64,000 bases of DNA from an uncultured Acidobacteriota bacterium (GTDB taxonomy: Bacteria > Acidobacteriota > UBA6911): NCBI GenBank assembly GCA_963809485.1, contig CAWEJX010000004.1, positions 256,001 through 320,000 on the forward strand. The letters are read 5' to 3'. How positions within the stretch are numbered: position 1 is the first letter of the stretch; every line of letters starts with the position of its first letter. This document shows, piece after piece, positions 32,340-43,039 of this stretch. Under the pieces are notes generated by a model that did no database searches, was not told the DNA's origin, and saw nothing but the letters and a program-made list of their open reading frames with translations. The position numbers and the translations under genes are program-made.

Positions 32340-32740
32340 CTTTTCCGGTGGGGCGGATGTGGTGGGGCGGATGTGGACATCCACTTTTCGACCCGTTTTT
32401 CAACGGACATGGAACGGCTGTGGACGAATGGATCGGGCGGGGAGACGGATGTGGACACCCATTTCCCCTCCCATTTTCCCCCCACCTTCCCGCGATCTGA
32501 TGTGATGGGGATTTGGAGGGGGATTTGGAAGGAATTTGAGGAATTTGGACACCCACTTTTTATGGTCACACACAATCCGCGATAGGTGGAGAAAAATTCG
32601 GGAAACTCGGGGAAACTCACTTTTGGGGGGAATGCGGGGGCATCCGGGGTTCTGGAGGGGATTCCCGGAGGGGGTTCCGGGGACGGGGCTCCGGAGGGCA
32701 CTTTTTATGGTTACCCATAATCCACGATAGGTGGAGACTG
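32340..32740. repeat. Low-complexity G/C-run tract with TGGACACCC motifs and a 39-bp imperfect direct repeat
   Basis: GGACA(C/T)CC at about 32375, 32453 and 32547. The repeat copies 32554-32592 and 32699-32737 differ at 4 positions. Confidence 0.65.
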
Positions 32741-33026
32741 CGAAGCAAAAATGGCCCAAGGAGCGCGATACCGCCAATGGCCTATGGCAGCTATATCAGC
32801 CGGGCCGGCGACGGCCATCTCAGGCACTCAAAGCGCCATCGATTTCACCGGTTACAGGCCATCGGCCGCCGCGGCAATAACCGAGTTACTTTTCAATTTC
32901 CCAAAACAGTCTAACGAGTTTGAACTGCAGCAAGGGGTAGACGGGGCGATGGATACCCTCCAATAAACTCAGAATTGACAACCCAGGACACCCGTCCATC
33001 GCCCTTCTTCAATCGCCATTCGGCAA

Positions 33027-34129
33027 TTACTTGATATTCTGAATCTCCTCCGACAATCCCTGCTCGTAGGTGCTCCAGCCAGAGTTCATCCCATACGGGC
33101 TTCGATGAAGAACCGCCTCGATGCGCCGTATATTGCCCTTCTCAATCTTGAACAATTCCGCCTGTTGCCAGGTCCATGGCTCTGTGGGCCCTGAAACCAC
33201 ATCGCGGCCGTCGGGCGTCTTCCAATATCGGGTTTTGCCCGCGCCATGATCGAAGAAGTTGAAGGTAAAAACGACACCACGTTCGCGGTCCACTGCCACA
33301 AAACGACGGTCCCGGATTCGTGAAACAAAATGCATCAGGCCGGACTGAAACTGTTCTTTGCAGCCCCATGCGTTCGAATACACCGCGTCTCTTTGGTGGA
33401 TCCGGTCTTTTCTGCCCCGGCTTTAATGGAACATTGGTGGCGCGGTTGCCGTTCTCATAGCGATCGCAGTCATCGGTAAAAGGATAAACGCCTTTCCCGT
33501 CATTCCGCTGCAATCCTGAAAAATACATGTTGGCGATCCTGATCATCTCATCGCGAGAGGGCCGTTCTTCAGGGGGAATCACTTCCATGTAATACGGGAT
33601 GCGGCGCGCCCATTTTTTCGATATTTTCGCCAGCCGATGTTGCCGGCCGACTGTTTGGATCGATTAGATTGCTCTCCGGCCGTATTACGAGTTGCTCCGC
33701 CTCGGTGATCAGCCCGTTTCTTATCTTCAGGCGAAGCGCGATGAGCCACGGGATTACCCACTCCCGGGCTTGCGCGTCTCTTCCCTGGCTGTCCCGATAT
33801 ACGCAACCTGCTGAGTCTCGATGTCGGGAACATAGAATTTATATGTTCCCTTCGCCAACCATGCTGGCCCAAAGCCCCTCATTGCCCAAAGGCAGCTGCA
33901 CTCCGTTCTCAGTGAATTTGCAGTTTTCGGCAAAGAGGGTCTTGTTCGGATCATGGGCCAGCATCGCGTCCATGTATTTGTCGACGTAACCCTCCAGGCA
34001 TGCGCGGTCGCAGGTGCTTTGAGTCGCGGCGCTCTCGGGAACGTTTTTTTCGGGGGCAGTGCTTTGACAGGCCATGGCAACAGACAGCAAAAGCGCAATC
34101 ACAGTGATGGCAAATAGTTTCACCCTCAT
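33027..34129 (-). CDS. Secreted/lipoprotein of an uncharacterised family (CxRxxL...FTENG...RxENG), multiply frameshifted
   Basis: Pieces 33839-34129, 33142-33588 and 33027-33383 form one protein paralogous to 52151-53032. Lipobox-like VAMAC is present. Confidence 0.7.
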
Positions 34130-34584
34130 GAAATTCTCCTTTTTCTGTTACGAAGATTTTAGATTCAAGACATATTAGCTTCTGTACGCCGGCTGCCATA
34201 CTCAGCGCGTTCGGATCGATCCTTCTCGAAGGCTCAAAGCATCCAACATTCACAGCCACTCGAAATGCGACAAAGTTTCGGACTTTGAGGCTGGAATCCT
34301 GGGGAAAGGCAGCCTATTTTCCTGAATGCCTGCCGCCGCCTAGAAAGTGGCTCGATTTTTCCCACACCCCCGGATAGCCGTGCCGGTATCCGATCCATTC
34401 TATTGTCCAGCCTGAATTTCTCGCTGAATTTTTGATGATGAGGCGCATTCCGGCATCTACCGTCATGTTGCAGACCTCAGCCACGGGTCGCAGGCCGCTT
34501 GCGGCTTGGGACCGGCAACCCAAGATGGATAATCCCCCTGCCCGTCCGTAACAGCTCTCCGCAAAATCCCGCGAGTAATCCGGG

Positions 34585-35202
34585 CTAGGACTTTATGCCG
34601 GCCAAAAGCTCTTTCCCGAATGCCAGACAATCGGTGCGTTTTAGAAGGTCGTAATCTTCAAGCTGCTTATTCGCAAACTTGGGATAATTTTCTTCCATCA
34701 TTTTGCGCGTCTGAGGATCGAGCAGGGATTTTGTTATCCTGCCGTTAAACACCCTCGCCGGGATATTGGCGGCCTCGCACAGTTTGGCCAGGTGATTATC
34801 AATATACATGGTCTTTTGCTCCGGCCCGACCGGCCGTTCACCGTTTCCGCAAACGGCGAAAAACCCTCTAACCTTGCTCTTCAGAGATTCCTTATTCTTT
34901 GCGATGTAGTCCTGCAACTCTTTGGGAGTTACGGCAGACCGGATAGAGCCGCCGACGACAACGTGATCAAACGCCTTCAGATCAGGGCTTTCGCGCACAT
35001 CAAAGACATTTGCAATGCCGCCCATCCCTTCCGAGATCCATACTGCGGCGTCGCGGGAGCTTCCGCACCAGGTCCCGTAAATCACAGCACATTTTTTGTC
35101 CGAAGGCATGGGATAGTACTCCAGTGCCCACGAATCGCCGGCCGAAGCCATCGTGCCGACTCCGGCTGCCAATCCCAATTTAAAAAAATCTCTTCTTTCC
35201 AT
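34585..35202 (-). CDS. Tat-exported flavodoxin-domain (HemG-like) protein
   Basis: MERRDFFK Tat motif, VIYGTWCGSS, VVVGGSI and FFAVC. Confidence 0.8.
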   Translation of the reverse strand: MERRDFFKLGLAAGVGTMASAGDSWALEYYPMPSDKKCAVIYGTWCGSSRDAAVWISEGMGGIANVFDVRESPDLKAFDHVVVGGSIRSAVTPKELQDYIAKNKESLKSKVRGFFAVCGNGERPVGPEQKTMYIDNHLAKLCEAANIPARVFNGRITKSLLDPQTRKMMEENYPKFANKQLEDYDLLKRTDCLAFGKELLAGIKS

Positions 35203-35793
35203 AATCTATCTCCTCCGTCTGAGATCCAGTTCAATACAAGATCGGTTTTTTAAACGCTCAAACGCCACAAAACTCATCCTAGATGCCCCAGTCTCCTGAA
35301 GTGCGGGCATCCAGAAGAAATAAGACCCATGAATCTGACAACCAGTAGACACCTTCCGCCGCAGCGGACTTGGTGAGTTTAACATTGATTTGCCGCCACC
35401 GGGCAAGCGTTTTCCTTTTGACTTCACCTCTAGGGGCAAACCTGGGAGAAGAAAACCTGGAGAACCTGAGAACCTGGATATCCAATAAAGAAAAGGAGAA
35501 CACATGAGAAATCCGAAAAACCCGAATAACCCCTGGGAATAAAGCGGATAACGCGGACACCCATCATTCAATTATTCACCTATCACTTGACCAAGCCTGC
35601 AAATCCTCCATTCAGAATTCTTTCTGATGCAGGTAGAAGCCTCTCTGAAAACAAGGGCGATCAAGCGTTGCGGAACAGAGTATGGCCGCCGAACATAACA
35701 ATTCAAGTGGCATCATTGAGAGAACGGGACAAAAGCGCGAAAAAAATCAATTATTGCGGAGGTGATTGATTAACTACATGGAGCGGTATCGGG

Positions 35794-36931
35794 TCAGGCT
35801 AATTCCAGCGACTGCGAAGCGAAGGTAGTTCGAGCCGCCGCAATTCCTTTAAGCCACCGCCTGCCCACCTGATCTGCAAAATGGCGCAGATTGGATACAA
35901 GCCCCGCAGCAAGATGGAATTTGCTTTCGAAGTGTGAGATGGTTTCTACCCACATCGCCGGATTGGCCTTGATCCGTATCAGGATCGGCTCAAGATTGGC
36001 ATTGATGGCGCCTCGTTTGTCCAACCGAATCATGCGTCCGGATTGGTCCACTAGATTGATATATTCCGCGGCTGTCATTTGCAGGATTCCACGTCGTTGG
36101 GAGTCCGATGAAATGGGACACAGCCAGCAGGCTGAAAGAGCTTCAGCATCAAGAGAACTGCTCCCCGTAGACACGCCTTTTGCTGTTTTACTCGAATTTT
36201 CCGGAATGGGCATGTCCATGCAGGTGGTGACGGAGTGGTTTTCTTGCCCAGCCTATATCGAAATTGGGCCCGCCGCCATCCCTTCCTGCTGCCACGCGCG
36301 TATCCGTTCCTGGATGCTGGTGAAGTCGCTTTCCTCCGGAGTTGACGCTCGACCGGCTCGGACCGGGTTTAGATCCACATATACCATACAGGCGGCGATC
36401 GCCGCCTCATCGAGCAGGGCCTGGCATTTGAAGCGCGATTCCCAGAAACGGCCCTTCACCCCATCTTCTTTGTTGGCTGCGCGGGCAATGAATTCGTTGA
36501 GCCGGCCCATGAACCAGCTCAGACTGCACAACCGTTGGCGCAGCTGGGCAATACGTTCCGGACATTGCGTCAAAGCGCGGATTTCCTCTTCGGCAGGCAG
36601 CGCTGCCGCACCCCCCAATGCCCGATGCCCGGGGAAGAGCATCAGCCAGCGCCTCGCCACTTCCAGGTCCGACCAACTGGCAACCAGGCCAGGGATTAGG
36701 CGCAAAATGACATGGTAATGGTTGTCCATGACGGCGTATGCACAGACCTCGATGGCAAAGACGGCCGCGAGATATTGCAGCCTCTCGACCAGCCATGCTT
36801 TTCGGTGCGAGTAGTCCTGGTTTGTGTGGTGGATCGATTCCGTACAGGAACGCCCGGCGGACACACCGGCTAAAGCAGTGATACACCCCTTCCTCTCCAT
36901 CCTTGACATATTTGCTGCGCGGTAACCCCAT
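35794..36931 (-). mobile_element. REP-associated tyrosine (Y1/HUH, RAYT-like) transposase, frameshifted near 36830 and 36255
   Basis: YHCFSRCVRRAFL, YAVMDNHYH (HUH), GRFWESRFK, YVDLNPVRAG, and C-terminal YINLVDQSGR. Confidence 0.85.
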
Positions 36932-36989
36932 AGCTCATCCCTTTCCATATTTCTAATGGTGAACTCATGGAAAGTGCCAATAAAATTGT

Positions 36990-37400
36990 CTCAAAAAAAT
37001 GGGTGTCCACGCTTGTCCTCCCACGCTTTCCCTTGTCCTGGTGTCCTGGGGCTTGGTGGGTGTCCACGCTTGTCTCCGCGCTTGTCCTTGTCCGTGGGTG
37101 TCCACGCTTGCCCCACGCTTGCCACGCGCTTCCCTTGTCCGCACGATTGGTGGGACTTGGTGAGTGTCCACGTTTGGGTGAGTGTTTGTGGTGGTGGTGT
37201 GGGGCTTGGTGGGTGTCCGCGCTTGTCCCCCGCGCTTGTCCCCGCGCTTGTCCTTGTCCTCCACGTTTGTCCCGCGCTTGTCACGCTTGCCACATGTGCA
37301 CGCTTGCCACGCTTTGTTTCCCTCCACGATTGTTTCTCCCTCAAACAATGGGTGTCCATACCTGCCCATACCTGCCCATACCTGCTACATACTTGCCCTC
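36990..37400. repeat. Degenerate tandem repeat tract (GGGTGTCCACGCTTGTCC units) upstream of the transposase
   Basis: GGGTGTCC at 37001, 37058, 37096, 37211 and 37350, many CGCTTGTC/CGCTTGCC units, and CCTGCCCATA repeats at the right end. Confidence 0.7.
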
Positions 37401-37881
37401 TGATTCTCTGCCGCGGATGAGTTAGACGTGCTATGAGCCGCCAATGCTGATATCATATGAGGCGATTTCCTGCTCACGAATTCGAATTACGGTTGATTGA
37501 GGCAAACCATGATCTGCCTGACCAGAACTTCTCGTAGAATTTCCGGTGCTTCGGCCAATCTAAGCATTTCCGTTCAAGTTGCCGGTCACGAGTTGCAGGT
37601 CCCGGATGTCCATGTGCGACACGCGACCTGCGACCTTGAGCTGACACCAACCATGCCCGTCTGCGCCGTCTCGCTATGAGGAACTGTGAGAAACCTGTTC
37701 CAGGCATCTGCGCGTGTCCGTCTGAAAACATCCGTCTGAAAACAGGGCTAGAAGGGTGCCGCACGGACTGAAAATGAAAGGATTCGCGAGTATCAGATGT
37801 CAAACCACAGATAACCCGATTGATTAAATGCAAGGCCAAGTGAGTCCTTGCCGCTTTTCCAGATATACCAAGGAGAAACCG

Positions 37882-39591
37882 ATGAGAGAAAAAGCTGGTG
37901 ATAACAAGACAGTTCCCAGGAGAGCTTTTCTGAGAGATGCCGGCCTGGCTATTGGCGCTCCGGTTGTCGCTTCAAAAGCGTTCGCGGCTCCCAATGCAAT
38001 ATCTAAAGCAGAACCAATGCCATTAGGAGGCATTGAACTGGAGCTATTGAATCCAAAAGGTGTCATCGACCCTCCCCCGATGTTAGGAATATCACCCCGC
38101 GTCGCTTCCCTGGAAGGCAAAAAAATCGCCATGATTCACAATAACAAACCTGGCGCCAAAACTTTCCTTGAAGCGGTCGAGGAGTTGCTGAAGGTCAAAT
38201 ATCCCGGAATTACATTTGTTCATTTCGACACAACTATCAACCTGGCAGATAAGCCGGAAAAATACGCGGCGATGGCAAATTCGTGCGACGCCTTTATTCT
38301 CGGTTCGGGAGACTGAGGGACCTGCACGTGGTGGGGTGCCTACCACGCGATACAGATCGAAAAGAATGGCAAACCGGGAATCTACTTTGTAAGCTCGAAT
38401 TTTCTTAAAGACGGCAAGTCCGCATCTGCTGATTGGGGCATGCCGGGACTGCGTATGCTCTCTATCCCTTCCCAGGAATGGTATACCTACAGGAGGACAC
38501 TCGAGGAGATCCGTCCAACAGCAGCCAAACTGCTTGATACCATCATTGATGGATTAACGCGGCCCGCCACCCAGGAGGAGATAAAACCAAGGCAACTGAA
38601 GAGGGAAGAGCATTCGAATATAAAGGTGAGCGCGGATAGCTATGAATCTGCACTGGAGAAATTCAACCAGGTCTTCCTCGATAATCACCTGGGGGACGGA
38701 TTGCCTCTCGTTCCCCCCACCGCGGAGCGGGTGAAATGGATCCTTTCCGGAACAAGTCGGCGTCCCGAGGAAATGCTGGGCAAGTGCCCGATGAAGTTCG
38801 GGAATGTGACGGTTGAAAAACTCGCCATCAACGCCGTAATGGCAGGAGCCAAACCGGAGTACTTCCCCGCCATCATCACCGCAATGGAATGTTTTGTGGG
38901 AGAAAGCGGCCCCGGCCAGAAGGGAGAGTACTTTTTCCACACTCTTGGCTCATCCGGGGCTTTCAACCTGGTGATTTTTATGAATGGGCCGATGGCCAAG
39001 GAGATCAACATGAACTCCGGAATGGGCTTGTTCGGCCATGGATGGCGGGCAAACAACACGATCGGCCGCGCGGTCCGATTAAGCACTATCACCATCGGCC
39101 AGACGTGGCCGAGGGAAAACGACATGGCACTCACCGGCAGGGTCTCGGCCCATACATGGTTTACTTTTGCCGAAAACGAGGAGGCCAGTCTCTGGGAGCC
39201 GTTCCATGTGAGCCTGGGCTTTAATAAAGACGACAGCGTCATGACGGTTGCGAAAGTGAATAACATCTTTTCCACGTTCGGAGGAGGAGCCGTGGCATTC
39301 TGGACCGCTCAGTCGATCCTGGATCAAATGGCGGCAAGGATGACCAAAAACTTCGGCTATGTCGCGGTCTTTGATCCGGAAGTCGTCGATGAGCTGAAGA
39401 AACTCGGATTCACCAGGAAGGACGTGCAGGAGTGGTTTGGGCAAAAGGCCGGTATAAAGCCTGAGAATCTGACGGTCGTGGTCGCAGGCGGTGTTCCCGG
39501 TTATTGCCTGCTCTATACGGTTATGATGGTAAATGCAAATGTGTCTAAAAAAATCACAGGGGCGACCTTAACAAAGGCCGGCCGTGTTTGA
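37882..39591 (+). CDS. Tat-exported UGSC-family selenoprotein (Sec145, UGTC motif), fused form, 569 aa
   Basis: AAGGAG RBS and RRAFL Tat motif. The TGA at 38314-38316 is in frame with 38440-39591 and reads GSGD-U-GTCTWW. DGLPLVPPT, AINAVMAGAKPEY and RANNTIGRA follow. Confidence 0.87.
38327..38347 (+). promoter_or_regulatory. Putative SECIS hairpin
   Basis: CGTGGTGGG-GTG-CCTACCACG (one G-U pair) begins 10 nt after the TGA, with a G-initiated loop. Confidence 0.72.
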
Positions 39592-39723
39592 TCGTTGACA
39601 ATGTCGATTTCCAACATCCCCTTTGGGCCGGTCTGCGTGTGATCGGTACGGGAGACAGAAGCGCTTTTATCCCGGTCTGATTACGTCCAGAGCCGGCCCT
39701 GCGGGATCTCGGGGGCATTCCAG

Positions 39724-40197
39724 ATGATATTCAGAAGGCGTGCGATCCAGGTGGCAGTTGCTATTCTGATGGTTGTTCCTGTCTATTCCGAGGACTTGCT
39801 GAAAGTAAAAAATGCTGCCGAGGCCAGAGATGCGTCGGTTGCTTACCTGCGCAACCTGGACTCTCGCACGTTCCCGAACCAGGATGCTCAGTGGCAGGAA
39901 AAAACTACCTTCTCAGGCGGTCCCCAGGACATGGTGACGACGGCCAAGCAGTTCACGTCGGATGCTTGGATCATTGAGATTTACCAGGAGCTGGCGCCTT
40001 TGAGAAACACCGTCTATCAAGTCACGGCATTCAGCTCCGCCGAAGGATGGTACTGGAAAGGGAACATTAAAGCTGATGGAAGTGTCAGCGAGTCCAGTCC
40101 TCTCAGGAAACTGCCTGAGGAAGAAAAGCGCCGGACGGCAGAAGAGCTCTTGAAAAAAAGCAGAACTGCTGCTCCCCTCGGCGGGTATGGTCACTAA
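39724..40197 (+). CDS. Secreted hypothetical protein
   Basis: Signal peptide and an uninterrupted 157-aa ORF. No family recognised. Confidence 0.6.
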   Translation: MIFRRRAIQVAVAILMVVPVYSEDLLKVKNAAEARDASVAYLRNLDSRTFPNQDAQWQEKTTFSGGPQDMVTTAKQFTSDAWIIEIYQELAPLRNTVYQVTAFSSAEGWYWKGNIKADGSVSESSPLRKLPEEEKRRTAEELLKKSRTAAPLGGYGH

Positions 40198-40608
40198 TGG
40201 ATCAGGCCAGGCTGACTGGCATGAGTGGCCGCATGCGATCCAGATTGCATCGATATCGTTCAAGAGTCGGGATCGCTGTATAGGTCGCAGGCTGATCCAT
40301 GTATATAAATGTTAGTTTTTCATACCCTGCCAAGGGAGGTTTGAAGCCCGGTCGCATCTATGGATGGCCGACGTCCTATCGCCAGATGGACAGCTATCCA
40401 AGTCGCCTCCAATTACTCGTTGCCCCAAATTTCCGTTTTTTTGCGCCAACATGTAGTAAAATTCCAGCTGAAGATTCAAAAAGAGCTGCAAAAAGCATCC
40501 TATTGGAATCACCGGGGACGGCTCGATCGGTAAGGCCCTGTCAAAAACGGGGATTGATTCTTCCCGTCGGCGGCTCGGGGAAATACTTCCACGGGAAGGA
40601 GAGAGACG

Positions 40609-42636
40609 ATGCCTAACGGGTTCTGCGGAAAGATATTGAGAGTCAATCTGACGACCAAGGAAGTCAGCACCCTGGAAACCGCCAAGTACGAGGAGTTTGG
40701 GGGCGGTTACGGAATGGGAGAAGCCATCTTCTGGGACCTGGCGGTAGCTCCGGGCGAATGGGATATGAAGGATGCTTACGATCCCCGTAATGTCCTCTCT
40801 CTCATGGTCGGTCCTCTGGCCGCCACCGGCGTGCCGAGCGCGGGAAGAACCAGCGTTTGCGGGCTTTCTCCGGAGACGTTTCCTACCTGCGAATTCTGGC
40901 GGGGCAATTTCGGCGGCAGGTTTGGCAACACGCTGAAGCTTGCAGGTTGGGACGGAGTCGTGGTGGAAGGCAAGGCCGACAGGCCGGTTTGGATCAACAT
41001 TGTTAACGACCAGGTGAAGATCGAGGACGCCAAGGAGCTTTGGGGCCTGGATACCTATGAAACGCAGGACCGAATTACAAAAATGGTGGGCGGAAGGACC
41101 CGCTTCGGCGAAGAATGGCAGGAGATCGGGAGCTCCTATACCACTGCCCGCCCGCAGATCGTCTGCATCGGCCCGGCGGGCGAGGCCAAGTCAAGACTCG
41201 CTGCCCTGATCACCGGCAGCGGGGTCAGTGCACGGATCGGCGGCCACGCCGCAGTCTTCGGGGCCAAAAATTTGAAAGCCATCAGCGTGACCGGGACCGG
41301 CAGCGTGCAGGTATCAGATCCCAAGGGAGTCGTGGATGTAAGGCTCCGCCACCTGCAAGCCAACCAGACCGGGGCGATCGGATTCGCTTCCGGGCCCGGG
41401 GCGGCATCCTGCATGCCATGCCTGCGCGGCGACCGGCGCAGAAGCAACTACAATGGCGGCGAAACCATGTGCGCCTGTCAGGGGTGGCTCTTCGGCGGCA
41501 AGGATCCGACAGCTTCAGATAAGGCCGCCGAAGCCCTGATACGATATGGCGTCAGCAGCTGGTCGGCCCATTTCCACGCGTTTTCAACCGAAATTGCCGG
41601 GGCACCGCCGATATTCCACGGAAAGGTGCCGGTAGATTCCGGGCTTGGCTGGTATCTCCAAACCCTTTACGAGCAGGGAGTGCTGGGTCCGGGAAAGCAG
41701 ATCGACTCGGCGCCGCTGCCCATGGATCACTGGGGCGAACTGAGTTTCCGACTGGCTCTGCTGGACGCCATTGCCCGGCGCGCCGGGATTGGCGATGCCC
41801 TGGCCGAAGGCTGCTGCCGGGCCGCTCAGAAATGGGGACGGCTGGAAATCGACAAGGAAAGCGGCGCTCTGCGTCTCCCTGCCTGGGGAGCCAGCAGCCA
41901 CTGGACAATGCCCTTCATCGATTGGGCGTATTCTTATATCCTCGGAGCGGGAGATCCTACCTGGCATGGATTCATGGCTCCTACCGGTGTTCCCCGCGAT
42001 GGCACGTCGCTGGAGAAGGCTTTGGAAAACCTCTCCAAAAAGACAATTCCATATACCGATGATATCTTCATGTTCAACCATGCATGGAAGGGCGAAGAGG
42101 CCTGGAAAACCGGCATCTATTCGCCGCATAAGGCCAAGCAGGTGGCCTGGAGCCGTCATTATACGGGGTTCTGGAATGAGTCCATGGCTTTTTGTGAAAT
42201 GTTGATCCCCGAACTGGGCGGCGATAGTCCCGAGATTGAATTCATGTACTATCAGGCTGTCACCGGAAAGAAGGATTCGTTTGCCGATACCATGAGAATC
42301 GGCCAAAAGATCTGGACCCTGGAGCGCGCCATCCGTGTCATGCACGGAAGGAGCCGGCAGACAGAGGACTTTTTTCCCTACATGTATAAACCGGGAGCCT
42401 CAGGCTTCGCCGTCTATGGCGGAGTGCCCATTTATGAGAATGGCAAATGGCGTAACGACGCGGCCCCGGACATGTACCTTGACAGGAAGGGCGTGGACGA
42501 CTTCAAGACCCACTTCTATGCGCTGGAAGGCTGGGACAAGGAACACGGCTGGCCGACCCGAAAGACGCTCGATGACTTCGGCCTGAAGAAAGTCGCCGAC
42601 ACGCTGGCAGCCAGCGGAAAGCTGGGAGCCGCTTAA
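40609..42636 (+). CDS. Aldehyde ferredoxin oxidoreductase family (W/Mo-bis-pterin) protein
   Basis: GKILRVNLT, GGRFG--LKLAGWD, CIGPAGE, VFGAKNLKAI, LAEG, and FY---GWD---GWPT. Confidence 0.9.
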   Translation: MPNGFCGKILRVNLTTKEVSTLETAKYEEFGGGYGMGEAIFWDLAVAPGEWDMKDAYDPRNVLSLMVGPLAATGVPSAGRTSVCGLSPETFPTCEFWRGNFGGRFGNTLKLAGWDGVVVEGKADRPVWINIVNDQVKIEDAKELWGLDTYETQDRITKMVGGRTRFGEEWQEIGSSYTTARPQIVCIGPAGEAKSRLAALITGSGVSARIGGHAAVFGAKNLKAISVTGTGSVQVSDPKGVVDVRLRHLQANQTGAIGFASGPGAASCMPCLRGDRRRSNYNGGETMCACQGWLFGGKDPTASDKAAEALIRYGVSSWSAHFHAFSTEIAGAPPIFHGKVPVDSGLGWYLQTLYEQGVLGPGKQIDSAPLPMDHWGELSFRLALLDAIARRAGIGDALAEGCCRAAQKWGRLEIDKESGALRLPAWGASSHWTMPFIDWAYSYILGAGDPTWHGFMAPTGVPRDGTSLEKALENLSKKTIPYTDDIFMFNHAWKGEEAWKTGIYSPHKAKQVAWSRHYTGFWNESMAFCEMLIPELGGDSPEIEFMYYQAVTGKKDSFADTMRIGQKIWTLERAIRVMHGRSRQTEDFFPYMYKPGASGFAVYGGVPIYENGKWRNDAAPDMYLDRKGVDDFKTHFYALEGWDKEHGWPTRKTLDDFGLKKVADTLAASGKLGAA

Positions 42637-42658
42637 GGCGTCAAGCTGGCGCTTAAGC
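42631..42658 (+). terminator. Stem-loop at the end of the AOR gene
   Basis: GCTTAAG-GCGTCAAGCTGGCG-CTTAAGC inverted repeat overlapping the stop codon. Confidence 0.4.
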
Positions 42659-43039
42659 CGCACACGCCTGAGAATTTCGTGGTTGTCGGTTCCGGCCATT
42701 TCTTCATAGGGCCAAAACCGACGCCGACTCGATCGATGCAGCGCACAAGATTTGCCCAGTCACCGCAAAGGTGTCGCAGGCTGTGTTAGATTTTTGCCTC
42801 CGCAACGATCCTCCCGGCCTCCTCTTTGGTGAAACTGCAGACTTCCTCCCGCCATTGGGATTTTATGGACGACCAGTAGCTGTGGATGATTCTCCACTTC
42901 CCGCTGATGCTGTAGTACCCTTCAGTGGAATTCCAGCGCGCTACGACGCTTTCTCCTGCATCCACACTGCGCCACTGTTTTGTCCGAATTCCCAGGGCGC
43001 GGGTGCCCCTCGAATTCAAAACCGGTCGTCCCATCGTGA

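Noticed and set aside
32554-32737. CRISPR array from the 39-bp direct repeat
   Set aside because: There are only two imperfect copies, separated by about 106 nt of low-complexity sequence, and no cas genes.
36956-37425. Several 120-150 aa ORFs over the repeat tract
   Set aside because: They are translations of low-complexity repeats in multiple frames with no protein-like features.
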